Assembly (NCBI GenBank): GCA_024689085.1
Contig: JAILDT010000054.1
Coordinates: forward strand, 619 to 64,618
Direction of reading: 5' to 3'
From: Clostridia bacterium
Lineage (GTDB): Bacteria > Bacillota > Clostridia > Peptostreptococcales > Anaerovoracaceae
DNA length: 64,000 bases
Shown: piece after piece, positions 1 through 9,695 of the stretch
How positions within the stretch are numbered: the stretch's first letter is position 1
How the letters are laid out: every line of letters starts with the position of its first letter
Translations under genes and position numbers: made by a program
Notes under the pieces: model-generated
What the model was told of the DNA's origin: nothing
Database searches by the model: none
The model's input: only the letters and a program-made list of their open reading frames with translations

Positions 1-68
1 GTCGCTATTGCGATTGCGGCTGCAAACGCAATCATTGTTCTGATTCGTTTCCGTGTTGTTTTATTCAT
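1..68 (-). CDS. N-terminus of a secreted/membrane protein (runs off the window)
   Basis: ATG at 68 with AGGTG upstream; translates as MNKTTRKRIRTMIAFAAAIAIA, a basic n-region plus hydrophobic h-region typical of a signal peptide. Confidence 0.6.
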   Translation of the reverse strand, partial: MNKTTRKRIRTMIAFAAAIAIA

Positions 69-116
69 GGCGTCACCTGTCATTCTCAGCAATGCGGATG
101 ATTGATGATTCTCTCC

Positions 117-2099
117 TTAGGTCACCGGATTCCCGTCTTCTGCAATAGTAGTAACGAATTCGACTCTTTCCTTGCCGTCCACGACATTGTCCGAGAAGAG
201 CAGCATGCCCTTCGATTCGATGCCGCGCAGTTTTCTAGGCTTCAGGTTGGCCACAACAACCACCTTCTTGCCCACGCATTCCTCCGGCGTGAAGTACTCG
301 GCAACACCCGAAACGATCTGGCGTTTCTCGGTTCCCATCTTCACCTGGAATACCAGAAGCTTATCTGCCTGCGGATGCTTTTCCGCGGAAAGGATCGTTC
401 CCACGCGGAGATCCAGTTTGTCAAAGTCTTCATAGACGATTTCATCTTTCAGTTCGAGCGGGATGTTGACATCGCCCTTTGCCTCTTCGGCCTGTGCGCC
501 GAGCGCGTAGAGCTCTTCCAGTTCCTTCTCAATATCCAGTCTCGGGAAGATCGCGTTGCCTTTCTTGACCTGCTCGCCCGCCATCATTTCGAATGTGAAG
601 GCGTCATCCCATACTACGTCCGCATACCACAGACCCATCTGCTTTCTGATGGAATCCGACGTGGTGTGCATGAACGGATGGATCAGCACGGAGATGATTC
701 TGATCGTCTCCGCCAGATTGTGGAGCACATTGTCCAGTCTAGGCTTGTCTTCTTCGTTCTTGGCCAGCACCCACGGCATAGTCTCGTCGATGTATTTGTT
801 GGCGCGTCTGACGACGACCCATATCTCTTCGAGCGCCATGTTGAATTTGAATTCGTTCATCTGGGCTTCGACCTTGGAGGCCGCGCTGACGGCAATCTCC
901 TTCAGCTGGGCGTCGTAATCGATGCCATCCTCTCCCGGAACACACTTGCCTGCGTCCGTCAGGTCCGGCACGAATCCACCGTTGTATTTCTCAATCATGC
1001 TGACAGTCCTGGAAACCAGATTGCCCAGATCATTGGCCAGATCATAATTCAATCTCTTAAGCATGACTTCATTGGTGAACATGCCGTCCTGGCCGAATGT
1101 GTACTCTCTCAGCAGGAAGTACTTCAGGGCGTCGATGCCGTATCTGTCGATGAGAACGACCGGATCGATGACGTCCTGTCCCTTCGCGGCCTTTGACTTC
1201 GACACTTTCTCCCCTCCCAGGAGCAGCCATCCGTGACCTCTTACCTGCTTCGGCAGAGGCAGGTCCGCACTCATGAGCATCGCCGGCCAGATCAGTGAAT
1301 GGAATCTGACAATCTCTTTGCCCACCAGGTGAACATCTGCCGGCCAGTACTTGTTGTACTTCTCCGGATCGTCCGGCCATCCCAGCGCTGTGATGTAGTT
1401 CGAAAGCGCATCGAGCCATACGTATATCACATGCTTTTCGTCGATCGGAACCGGAATGCCCCAGTCAAAGGATGATCTGGAAATGCAAAGATCTTCCATT
1501 CCCTGTTCAACGAAAGCAACCATTTCGTTTCTTCTTGTTTCCGGTACGAGAAAGTCCGGGTTCTCCCGGAAGAGCGCAAGCAGCTTGTCCGCATACTTGC
1601 TCATCTTGAAGAAGTAAGCTTCTTCCTTTGCCTTTGTGACTTCTCTTCCGCAGTCCGGGCAGTACTTGCCGTCTACCAGCTGACCTTCCGTCCAGAAGGA
1701 CTCGCAAGGGGTGCAGTACCAGCCTTCGTATTCGCCCTTGTAGATATCGCCCTTCTCGTACATCTTCATGAACAGGGCCTGCACTCTCTTGATGTGCCTC
1801 GGCTCTGTTGTTCTGATGAAGTCGTCGTAGGAGATCTCCATGGTCTTCCAGAGCTCCTTGATGCCCGCGACGATCTCGTCAACGTACTCCTGCGGCGTCA
1901 CGCCTTTCGCGTCCGCGTATGTCTGTATCTTCTGTCCGTGTTCATCCGTACCTGTCAGGAACATGACATCGTAACCCTGGAGTCTCTTGAAGCGCGCCAT
2001 CGCATCCGCCATGACGGTGCAGTACGTGTGACCTATATGAAGGTTCGAGCTTGGGTAGTAAATCGGTGTGCTGATGTAATAAGTTCCTTTGTCTGCCAT
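117..2099 (-). CDS. metG: Methionine--tRNA ligase
   Basis: [13 protein letters not shown] motif, GTDEHG, Zn knuckle CTPC/CPDC, KVSKS (KMSKS variant), C-terminal tRNA-binding OB domain. Confidence 0.98.
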   Translation of the reverse strand: MADKGTYYISTPIYYPSSNLHIGHTYCTVMADAMARFKRLQGYDVMFLTGTDEHGQKIQTYADAKGVTPQEYVDEIVAGIKELWKTMEISYDDFIRTTEPRHIKRVQALFMKMYEKGDIYKGEYEGWYCTPCESFWTEGQLVDGKYCPDCGREVTKAKEEAYFFKMSKYADKLLALFRENPDFLVPETRRNEMVAFVEQGMEDLCISRSSFDWGIPVPIDEKHVIYVWLDALSNYITALGWPDDPEKYNKYWPADVHLVGKEIVRFHSLIWPAMLMSADLPLPKQVRGHGWLLLGGEKVSKSKAAKGQDVIDPVVLIDRYGIDALKYFLLREYTFGQDGMFTNEVMLKRLNYDLANDLGNLVSRTVSMIEKYNGGFVPDLTDAGKCVPGEDGIDYDAQLKEIAVSAASKVEAQMNEFKFNMALEEIWVVVRRANKYIDETMPWVLAKNEEDKPRLDNVLHNLAETIRIISVLIHPFMHTTSDSIRKQMGLWYADVVWDDAFTFEMMAGEQVKKGNAIFPRLDIEKELEELYALGAQAEEAKGDVNIPLELKDEIVYEDFDKLDLRVGTILSAEKHPQADKLLVFQVKMGTEKRQIVSGVAEYFTPEECVGKKVVVVANLKPRKLRGIESKGMLLFSDNVVDGKERVEFVTTIAEDGNPVT

Positions 2100-2147
2100 T
2101 TTGCTTTCCTTTCTCCAGTGCGAATGGGCACTGGTCAGCCCCTGCTA

Positions 2148-4007
2148 TCAGTTGATTTCTTCAGGTGTGTACTTCTCCAGAATCCCGCCGTCTTCCGTCG
2201 CGTTCAGGAGATACAGTTCTCCGTCCAATACCACTTCGTTATATGAGCGCTCCGTGCCGTCCCCTTCTGTAACGGTGACAACACAGGCGTCGATATCCAT
2301 TTCGTCGCAGATTCCATACACCAGGAATGCGTTGTACTCGCTCTCTTCGGCAGACTCATCCGCCGCTGGTTCTGCTTCCTGTATGTATTCGATCATTTTT
2401 TCGGCCGCCTCAACGTCCGTCGCAAAAGCATCCTCCTCCGCTTCGGCCACTGGCCCATCTGTTAGTTCAGCCTCTGGCTCCTCTGCTGGTTGAGCCTCTG
2501 GTTCCTCTGCTGGTTGAGCCTCTGGTTCTTCCTCTGCGGTAATCTCCTCACAGGCCGCCCGGATGTCCTCGTTGGATACCGAAGCCGCGCCAACTGCGCC
2601 CGTTGCGTCCGGTGCTATATAGGACACTGTGTTATTTGATGTGTAATTCGGCAGTCCGTAGGAAAGGAGCAGCGAGTAGCCCCTCTTGAAAGTCCTTCTC
2701 TTGACGGAATCCGAGTAGTTTCCTTCTATTGCAGTCACATCGTTTCCGCTGACGGATTCGATCATGCCCACGTGATCCGGAACCTTGTTGGCGTTCCAGT
2801 CGTAGAAGACGACATCCCCGCCCTGCGGTGTGAAGTTTTTATCCGTTGTCCTGCTTGCGAAGTTGTTCATCATCCTCGGGCAATAGCAGTCAACAGGGAT
2901 CACGCCCGTGTTGCCTGTCTTGATCGCTACCGCAGAGACAAAAGCTGCGCACCAGGAAGTACTGTAGTTGATTTTTCCGTACGGTGGTCCGTAGTTGTTG
3001 TAGACGTCGATGATCTGCTTGTGGGTACCATTGCTCTCTTTGCAACCAATCCAGCTGCGCGCTTGATTGACTGCACTGGTCCGGCCTCCATCCGAGAAGC
3101 CTCCGTATACGCGTTGTCCGTTCACTGTCGTGAACGCCCTGACTCTGTAAAAGTACTGGCCGCTCATAGTGAGGCTGTCCGTCAGGCTCATTGCTGCTGT
3201 CTCAGCAATTGTGACATAGGCACCGTTAGCAGAATCTGCTCTCTGCAGTTCATAGCCGCTCGCTCCCGTCACGCCGCTCCAACTGCATATCACTGTTCCG
3301 TCTGCGGCCAGTACGACGTTGAAGCCGCCGGCGGCGTTCAGTGCCGTCATGCCTTCGGCCGGCGCTGTAAACCATCCGTATTTCTTCCCTTTTTTCTTTT
3401 TATATGCTCTAACCTTGTAGTAATACCTCTTGCCCTTCGTCAGAGAGGTGTTGGTATAAACTCTCTTTTTCGTTGTGCCGAGCAAGGAATAACTGCCCGA
3501 AGCACTTGTTGATCTGTAGACCTGGTAACCTGTTGCTCCCGGAACTTTGTCCCAGCCGAGGGTGACGCTGGCGTTTCCTGATGACGTATAGAAGCCGGTC
3601 GGTGTTCCCACGCGCGGTTTCGCCGCCAAAATGCCGCTGTACGACGTATACATCGTGGCAGACCCAACCTTCCCATAGGCGCGCACCTTGTAGTACTTTT
3701 TCTTGCCCAGTTTCTTGTTGCCTTTGTCCTTGTAGCTGCAGCCCCTAACTGTCGCGATCTTCTTGTACTTGCCCTTCTTCTTGTTCGCTCTGTAGATCTG
3801 ATAGCCTTGTGCGCCATCGTACGCCGACCACGCAATCGTGACGTTGTTGTACTGGGCGGACGACTGATACAGCCCTCCGACCTTTCCGGATGCACTAAAA
3901 GAACCCTGCAGTCCGTAGGCGAAATCCGCCTGCCCCAGAACTGGGATAAAGGTTACTGCCACCAAAAAAGATATTAATATGCTGATTAATCTTTTCTTTC
4001 CTGTCAT
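2148..4007 (-). CDS. Secreted cell-wall hydrolase: three FN3 repeats, CHAP domain, acidic tail
   Basis: Signal peptide; three W..V.GA.GY.(I/V/L).R...YY.VRA FN3 repeats; CHAP motifs WCAAFVS and DHVGMIE..IEGN. Confidence 0.85.
   Translation of the reverse strand: MTGKKRLISILISFLVAVTFIPVLGQADFAYGLQGSFSASGKVGGLYQSSAQYNNVTIAWSAYDGAQGYQIYRANKKKGKYKKIATVRGCSYKDKGNKKLGKKKYYKVRAYGKVGSATMYTSYSGILAAKPRVGTPTGFYTSSGNASVTLGWDKVPGATGYQVYRSTSASGSYSLLGTTKKRVYTNTSLTKGKRYYYKVRAYKKKKGKKYGWFTAPAEGMTALNAAGGFNVVLAADGTVICSWSGVTGASGYELQRADSANGAYVTIAETAAMSLTDSLTMSGQYFYRVRAFTTVNGQRVYGGFSDGGRTSAVNQARSWIGCKESNGTHKQIIDVYNNYGPPYGKINYSTSWCAAFVSAVAIKTGNTGVIPVDCYCPRMMNNFASRTTDKNFTPQGGDVVFYDWNANKVPDHVGMIESVSGNDVTAIEGNYSDSVKRRTFKRGYSLLLSYGLPNYTSNNTVSYIAPDATGAVGAASVSNEDIRAACEEITAEEEPEAQPAEEPEAQPAEEPEAELTDGPVAEAEEDAFATDVEAAEKMIEYIQEAEPAADESAEESEYNAFLVYGICDEMDIDACVVTVTEGDGTERSYNEVVLDGELYLLNATEDGGILEKYTPEEIN
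2470..2528. repeat. 24-bp coding tandem repeat (about 2.5 copies, AEEPEAQP)
   Basis: gcctctggYtcctctgctggttga repeated at 2470 and 2494, partial copy at 2518. Confidence 0.9.
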
Positions 4008-4027
4008 TCAGTTCCGAGATCCTCTCT

Positions 4028-4684
4028 CTAATACTGTTCGTCTACGGTCGACTCTCTCCAGATCTGCTTCTCTGTGTAGGCGATGATCAGATCGACTGCA
4101 TCGTCAAGGGACAAGTAGCCGCTGTCCAGGGAAAGGTTGAAGTTGACATGCTCTCCCCATCTGCGTCCTGTGTGGTACGCGTAGTAATTGGCTCTCGCTT
4201 TGTCCGCGCTGCGCATGATCTTTCTGACCTGATCCTCCGGATCGCCGTACTCTTCGACGGCTCTCTTGATCTTGTCCGCTTCCTCTGCGTAGATGAAGAT
4301 GTTCGTCGCATACGGAAGTCCGCGCAGGATGTAGTCCGCGCATCTTCCGACGATAACGCAGGAGCCTTCCTCCGCGATCTTGCGGATGGTGTCGAACTGG
4401 GCCAGGAACAGTCTCTCGTTGAGGCTCAGCGATTCAGGACCGGCCTCTCCCGTTCCCATAGCCGAAGCCAGGCTGTAGAGGAAACTGTTCTTCGCTTTCT
4501 TCTCCTGTCCGGCGAACATGTCCTTGTCGTAGCCGGATTCTCTGGAAATTCTCTCGTTGATCTTGTCTCTGTCGTAGTACGGGATTCCCAATTTTTCTGC
4601 GAGACGCTGACCGATCAGTCTTCCGCCGCTGCCGTATTCACGGCTGATGGTAATTACTTTTTTTCTTGTTTCATTCTCTGCCAT
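4028..4684 (-). CDS. Cytidylate kinase-like family protein
   Basis: ITISREYGSGG and CVIVGRCADYIL motifs. Confidence 0.9.
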   Translation of the reverse strand: MAENETRKKVITISREYGSGGRLIGQRLAEKLGIPYYDRDKINERISRESGYDKDMFAGQEKKAKNSFLYSLASAMGTGEAGPESLSLNERLFLAQFDTIRKIAEEGSCVIVGRCADYILRGLPYATNIFIYAEEADKIKRAVEEYGDPEDQVRKIMRSADKARANYYAYHTGRRWGEHVNFNLSLDSGYLSLDDAVDLIIAYTEKQIWRESTVDEQY

Positions 4685-4776
4685 AGTATTCTCCTATCTT
4701 AATATCCATAGCCTATAAGCATTCTATCACGGAAAAATTCAATATTTCCTTAAAATGTAATAAGGTTGCGGGCAAC

Positions 4777-4800
4777 AAAAAACCCGGCGTTACGCCGGAT
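4777..4800 (-). terminator. Intrinsic terminator after the cob cluster
   Basis: Minus strand reads tccggcg-taa-cgccggg followed by TTTTTT. Confidence 0.8.
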
Positions 4801-4821
4801 TTCCACATGTTCTCACAGGTT

Positions 4822-5442
4822 TCAGAACCTGCTGTAGCCTGTAAAGGACCCGTCCTCCTCGTGGAGAACATAACCATGACCCGGGTCCGGGATCCACTCA
4901 AAGAAGTTCTTGTGTTCCCCCGGCCAGATGTAATCCATAATGCCTGAAATCACGCCGCCATGGCAGATACAGATCGTCATGGCTTCCTTCTCCCGGTTCC
5001 GCAGTTTCAGCATATACAGCATATTTCTGACTTTGAGTTCATCGAAGCCCCGCCGGATCCGCTCCGTGAACTGACGGATGCTCTCTCCTCCTGGCGGCGC
5101 TGTTTCCAGATCTTCTGCCGTGATCCACTTCTGGTATTCCGGAATGCTGTGGAGTTCCTCATAGGTGCGCATCTCAAACTCACCGAAGGCCATCTCCTGC
5201 AGGTCTTCGATGACGTCATGTTCCTGCTCACCGTAAATGATGCGCAGGGTCTGTTCCGTCCGCAGCATGCCCGTCGTGAAGAACTGGGCGTCTTCAGATG
5301 TCGGATACAGTCCGGCGTCCCGCTGCTTCTCCAGCAGGTGCTTGCCGCGCGCAGAGAGAGATACGTCCGTACTGCCATAATACATGCGCTGTTCGTTTCC
5401 TTCTGTTATGCCGTGTCTGATTAGTACAATCTGCGATTTCAT
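4822..5442 (-). CDS. cobC: Histidine phosphatase, alpha-ribazole/cobamide-5'-phosphate phosphatase-like
   Basis: LIRHG, E..FG.FE and CHGG motifs; last gene of the cob cluster. Confidence 0.8.
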   Translation of the reverse strand: MKSQIVLIRHGITEGNEQRMYYGSTDVSLSARGKHLLEKQRDAGLYPTSEDAQFFTTGMLRTEQTLRIIYGEQEHDVIEDLQEMAFGEFEMRTYEELHSIPEYQKWITAEDLETAPPGGESIRQFTERIRRGFDELKVRNMLYMLKLRNREKEAMTICICHGGVISGIMDYIWPGEHKNFFEWIPDPGHGYVLHEEDGSFTGYSRF

Positions 5443-5816
5443 TTTATCCTCTTCCCGATGCCGCAGAACACTCTGTGCGCCTGCTCCGCTTCACGCGCCA
5501 GATACATCATAAGTCTGCCGTTGGCTTCTCTGACAGCCCGCAGCTTCTTGTCGACCGGCACAACGCCCTGGGAAATATCATTGACGATCAGGACGCAGTT
5601 TTTCCACTGCTCCCGACGCGTCTCAAACCAGGCCGCCGGCTCTTCTCCGACCGCCACCAGTCTCGCTGCAAAACCATCGATGCCTGTGATGATCTCCTTT
5701 GTGAAGTCCGGCTCTCCTGCTTCCGATACGTCGCAGACCGTTTCCTTGCCAAATGCTTCCATAGCGTAGCCCGTTTTTCCCTGATACGCTCCGCCAAATA
5801 CAAATATCATTTCCAT
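5439..5816 (-). CDS. Short CobU/CobP paralogue
   Basis: GGAYQGKT P-loop; C-terminal NDISQGVVP...R..NGR...A...RVFCGI typical of CobU. Confidence 0.8.
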   Translation of the reverse strand: MEMIFVFGGAYQGKTGYAMEAFGKETVCDVSEAGEPDFTKEIITGIDGFAARLVAVGEEPAAWFETRREQWKNCVLIVNDISQGVVPVDKKLRAVREANGRLMMYLAREAEQAHRVFCGIGKRIK

Positions 5817-6373
5817 TCCTCCGTGAGCCCACAGGTCACTTCCGTTACTTTATCGCATACCAGAGCCAGTGCCCGGTCCGCCTCAGCCAGAGCCTTGCGG
5901 TAGCGTTCCGTACTCGCGCTGTATCCGCAGGCGTCCCCGTAGATGCCGTCAGACACAAACACAACCGAGCCGCCCGCCTCTCTGACAGCCTTTGCAAAAG
6001 CAACCAGCTCCGCCCTGACTCTCTCCGGCGCATCCATATCTTCGCCGAGGAACTCCGCCTGTCCGTCCTTGATGGCCACCGGGAACATCTCGTTCTCCAG
6101 GACCGCCGTCACGCTATCCAGAAGAAAACTGCCGGCAAGATTCACGTCTTCCCGATCAATCAGGGCCTTGATGCTTTTGCTCTGTTCGATGGTCGTGAAT
6201 CCCCAGCCGTCCCGTTCCTGCTGATGCCGCACAATCCTCGCCTGGTCTTCCCCGTCACGGGGAATCATGGTGGCAATATAATAAAGCGGCCCGCCGGCCG
6301 CCAGTGTCTGTGCGGTCTGCTGGGCGTAATGTGATTTTCCGTTTTTGGCTCCTCCGCTGATGAGTATATTCAT
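5807..6373 (-). CDS. cobU: Adenosylcobinamide kinase/adenosylcobinamide-phosphate guanylyltransferase
   Basis: Start reassigned to MNILISGG (GGAGG SD); GGAKNGKS, YIATM, RIVRHQQER, LLDSVT. Confidence 0.88.
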   Translation of the reverse strand: MNILISGGAKNGKSHYAQQTAQTLAAGGPLYYIATMIPRDGEDQARIVRHQQERDGWGFTTIEQSKSIKALIDREDVNLAGSFLLDSVTAVLENEMFPVAIKDGQAEFLGEDMDAPERVRAELVAFAKAVREAGGSVVFVSDGIYGDACGYSASTERYRKALAEADRALALVCDKVTEVTCGLTEEWK

Positions 6374-6381
6374 GCGTCCTC

Positions 6382-7173
6382 CTAAACAATGAGGGCCATG
6401 ACCAGGACGCCGAAGAGTTCGGAGATGATGATCATGTGTCCCGAAATATCGCCGTTCATGCCGCCCAGCTTCCGGCAATCGATGCTGCAGGTGATGAACG
6501 CGGCCACCATGACGGTGAGGACGATGATGTTGCTGTACAGCTCCGCGATCAGAGCCAGCCAGTTCATATCGGACATCATGAGCTCGCATACAGCGAGCAC
6601 AACGACCAGTATGATAATCGCGGGGATCGTGTCCCTGATCCTGCCCGGCTCCTTGATTGCGCTGTACTGACTCGTCTCCATCGGTTCCCGCAGAAGCACT
6701 TCCAACGCGCTCACGGTCCTGGAGGCGGTGAAGATCACCACCAGAAGACTGCAGCTTTTGAGACTGAAGTCAGCGGCAATGTCTGCCATGGCTCCCGTGA
6801 AAACAAGGAGCATAATGACCAGACAGATTACTGCGAAGGCCCCTGCGTGCGGGTCCTTGAGAATGCGTCTCCGCTCCTCCATCTGCGGATGGCGCGGCAT
6901 GATCGCATCGCTGCAGTCCATGAAGCCATCCACATGGATGAATCCGGTCAGCAGAAAATAGGTGCCTGTCAGGAGCGCGCCTGTCAGCAGACCGCTGCAG
7001 CCGATCAGGCTCAGCAGCCACCAGCACAGACAGCAGACGACGCCAATCAGGGCGCCGACCAGCGGCAGCATAGCCACCTGCGCCTTACGGTCCTCCATTC
7101 TCCACTCCTTATACGGACATGGGATCCAGCAGAACATTCCCCACGCCATTAAAAAACCTCTGATGAACTTCAT
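6382..7173 (-). CDS. cobS: Cobamide synthase (adenosylcobinamide-GDP ribazoletransferase)
   Basis: Polytopic membrane protein with TGFIHVDGFMDCSD, ILKDPHAGAFAV and GGMNGDISG. Confidence 0.95.
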   Translation of the reverse strand: MKFIRGFLMAWGMFCWIPCPYKEWRMEDRKAQVAMLPLVGALIGVVCCLCWWLLSLIGCSGLLTGALLTGTYFLLTGFIHVDGFMDCSDAIMPRHPQMEERRRILKDPHAGAFAVICLVIMLLVFTGAMADIAADFSLKSCSLLVVIFTASRTVSALEVLLREPMETSQYSAIKEPGRIRDTIPAIIILVVVLAVCELMMSDMNWLALIAELYSNIIVLTVMVAAFITCSIDCRKLGGMNGDISGHMIIISELFGVLVMALIV

Positions 7174-7193
7174 TTCTGTATGGTCTCTGTGAT

Positions 7194-8360
7194 CTATCTC
7201 TGATATTTCTCTTCGTTTCTGATTTCTTCAAGGTAATCGTCGTTGATATCCGCTTCCTCGAAGGTGGCCATGTCGGCCATCACGTCGCACGCTCCGCGGA
7301 TGATGCTGAAGGCCACCGGGCAGCCGCTTCCTTCACCCAGTCTCATGTCCAATGACAGGAACGGCTTCAGATCCAGAGCGTCTATGGCGAGGGTGTATCC
7401 CTTTTCGAAAGACTTGTGGGACGCGATCATGTAATCCGCGCAGTCCGGCGCAATCACGTAAGCAGCCAGCGCCGCCACCGCGGATATATATCCGTCTATG
7501 ACAATCGGCATCCTGCCTGCTGCTGCGCCCAGATAGGCGCCGGTCATGGCGCAGATGTCGAACCCGCCCATGCGGATCAGCGCATCGAGCATCCTGCCTG
7601 CCCGCATCTCCTCCGGGATGTGCAGGATCCCGCCTTCCGCCCGAAACTCTGCTGACGCCTCGTCGATGATCTCTTTTTTTCTGGCAAAACCTTCATCGTT
7701 GACGCCACCGCCTCTTCCGGCCGTTTCGTCTGCGGTTTTTCCCGTAATGGCCGAGAGCAGCGATGCGCTGGTGGTCGTGTTGCCGATGCCCATCTCGCCG
7801 GCGCCCATGATACTGAATCCGGCTTGGTGTACAGCCTCGGCCATTTCAATGCCGGTCTCTATGGCTTTCAGCGCCTCTTCCTCTGTCATGGCAGGACCAT
7901 CTGCAATGCTGTCCGTCTGTCCCGCAGCGCGCAGGCGCCGGGCCACGATTTTGTGGGTGTCCTCCAGCGGAATATCTGTGTACAGTTCCTCCGGAATCGG
8001 GTCTTTTACGCCCATGTCAACGATGAGAAGTTCACAGTCATAACTTCTGGCAAGCGCGCCCACGCCGGTCAGACGACGGGTGAAATTGATTGTCTGTGCT
8101 CTTGTCACTGACTGCGGTGCGGAAGCAACGCCCTCCCGAACGACGCCGTTGTCCGCGCAGAACACAGCAACGCAGCCCCTGCCGATCCGGTTGATGACGT
8201 TCCCCGTCATCCCTGCGATCCGCACAGACATCTCCTCCAGTCCGCCCAGAGATCCCGGTGGTTTGGCCAGGGAATTCTGCCTGGCTTCGGCCTTTAAAAC
8301 AGCCTGCCTGTCGGCAGGCTTGATTGATTTTGTTTTCTCAAACAGTTCTGTTCTTGTCAT
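7194..8360 (-). CDS. cobT: Nicotinate-nucleotide--dimethylbenzimidazole phosphoribosyltransferase
   Basis: KPPGSLG, ADNGV, GEMGIGNTT, MRLGEGSG; start reassigned to MTRTELF (8360). Confidence 0.96.
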   Translation of the reverse strand: MTRTELFEKTKSIKPADRQAVLKAEARQNSLAKPPGSLGGLEEMSVRIAGMTGNVINRIGRGCVAVFCADNGVVREGVASAPQSVTRAQTINFTRRLTGVGALARSYDCELLIVDMGVKDPIPEELYTDIPLEDTHKIVARRLRAAGQTDSIADGPAMTEEEALKAIETGIEMAEAVHQAGFSIMGAGEMGIGNTTTSASLLSAITGKTADETAGRGGGVNDEGFARKKEIIDEASAEFRAEGGILHIPEEMRAGRMLDALIRMGGFDICAMTGAYLGAAAGRMPIVIDGYISAVAALAAYVIAPDCADYMIASHKSFEKGYTLAIDALDLKPFLSLDMRLGEGSGCPVAFSIIRGACDVMADMATFEEADINDDYLEEIRNEEKYQR

Positions 8361-8364
8361 AATC

Positions 8365-9135
8365 CTATCGCTTGAATCGGAAACACTTACCGCAGACTTC
8401 CGGAACCGGCGTGGTCTCGTTGAAGTTCCTGCAGTAATCCCGGCACAGTTCCTTGTCGATGCCCTCCGTTGTGATGGCTCCTCCCGGGCAGGTCGCAATC
8501 AGCTCTTCGCTGCACGGACCGCTATAGAGACACGGATCGAGGATTTCGCTCAGCGCCTTCTGCAGCGCTTCTCCTTCCAGTGTTTCCGGTTTTTCAGCGT
8601 ACATGCCGTCGGTAATCATGCCGCCGACACGTCCGCCGTACTTCCCATCTATATGGAAAGATCCTGCCGGTCCCATCTCTCCAAGTCCGGCGATGGCTGC
8701 GGCGAGTTTAAAGGACCAGTCTTCACGGCAGTGCGCATCGTCCCAGGAGACCATGTTGCTCAGGCCTGAAATGAGCCGGCCCTGCCCGACGATGACTTCG
8801 CGAATCTTCTGGTTCACAGCCATGGCAAGCCAGAGGGATTCGTAATGGCACCGCACCCATTCTTCCGTCGGCGCCTCGCCTTCCTCGTTGGCTTTTACCA
8901 GTTCCTCCGCAAACGGCAGATAGTACAGAATGATGGTTCTGCCGGGACGGTATATTTCTCTCGGGTGTCCGTTGAGTCCTCTGGCGAAGAGCATGTCGAA
9001 ACGAACGTCATCGACGCTCACATATGCCACTGCAGGTTCTCCGAATCTGCAGGTGATATCTTCTCTCGTCTGAAACGCAAGGACAGCTTCCCGGATTTCC
9101 TTTTCGAGTTTTCTCTTTAAGTGTTCTACATCCAT
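8365..9135 (-). CDS. QueG/reductive-dehalogenase-like Fe-S protein
   Basis: WSFKLAAAIAGLGEMG...GGMITD cobamide-fold motif; C-terminal Cys set CLY..PC..TCP...C...C...CGKC. Confidence 0.7.
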   Translation of the reverse strand: MDVEHLKRKLEKEIREAVLAFQTREDITCRFGEPAVAYVSVDDVRFDMLFARGLNGHPREIYRPGRTIILYYLPFAEELVKANEEGEAPTEEWVRCHYESLWLAMAVNQKIREVIVGQGRLISGLSNMVSWDDAHCREDWSFKLAAAIAGLGEMGPAGSFHIDGKYGGRVGGMITDGMYAEKPETLEGEALQKALSEILDPCLYSGPCSEELIATCPGGAITTEGIDKELCRDYCRNFNETTPVPEVCGKCFRFKR

Positions 9136-9150
9136 ACCGCCGTCTTCCGC

Positions 9151-9630
9151 TTACTGCCCCCTGCTCTCTTTCTCGATCTTTTTGAGGTGCTTCAACTGTT
9201 TCTTTTCAATTTTTTTCAACTTCCGTTCGAGTCGCGCTGCCTTCCGCTCGAGTTTGTTGGCCTTTCTGCGGGCCTTTCTGCTCAGGGCGATAATGTCGTC
9301 TTCATCAGGCTTCTTGACAAGGGCGGTGATGCCTCCGCTTCTCTTGATGTCCTTCGCCTGATCCGCCAGCAGCTTCAGCTCAGCCTCAGCTTCCTTCGCC
9401 AGGCTACCGGCTTCTGCTGTGAGGTCTTTGATCGCCGGCGCGAACTTTTCTCTGACTTCTGCAGCCTTGTCCTTGACTTCCGCCGCTCTGTCCTTGACCT
9501 CTGCCGCAGCTTTGTCTTTGACTTCTGCGGCCTTGTCCTTCGCTTCCGCAGCCTTATCTTTCACAGCTGCAGAGTCAATCGAATCTTTCGCCTGTTCGGC
9601 CTTCTCTCTGAACAAATTCAAAATACTCAT
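9151..9630 (-). CDS. Hypothetical helical repeat protein with a basic C-terminus
   Basis: GAGG SD; KDKAAEV-type repeats; codon style matches neighbouring genes. Confidence 0.75.
   Translation of the reverse strand: MSILNLFREKAEQAKDSIDSAAVKDKAAEAKDKAAEVKDKAAAEVKDRAAEVKDKAAEVREKFAPAIKDLTAEAGSLAKEAEAELKLLADQAKDIKRSGGITALVKKPDEDDIIALSRKARRKANKLERKAARLERKLKKIEKKQLKHLKKIEKESRGQ
9454..9561 (-). repeat. Five KD(K/R)AAE(V/A) coding repeats (21-24 bp units)
   Basis: KDKAAEA KDKAAEV KDKAAAEV KDRAAEV KDKAAEV in the translation. Confidence 0.85.
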
Positions 9631-9663
9631 TTCTTATTCCTCTATATAATGCGAAACAATACG

Positions 9664-9695
9664 AAAAATGCGGTGCGCCGAAAGGCGTACCGCAT
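9664..9695 (-). terminator. Terminator after hup
   Basis: Minus strand atgcggtacgcc-tttc-ggcgcaccgcat followed by TTTT. Confidence 0.85.

Noticed and set aside
2470-2528. Short direct repeats as a possible CRISPR array
   Set aside because: They are in-frame coding repeats with no spacers, and no cas genes are present
5807-6589. Extended N-termini in the ORF track (cobU, cobT, larE, rpsF, dnaA, mnmG, hisG, Ig-like protein)
   Set aside because: The extensions run into upstream genes or leaders; downstream starts coincide with family N-termini and mostly with clear SD sequences
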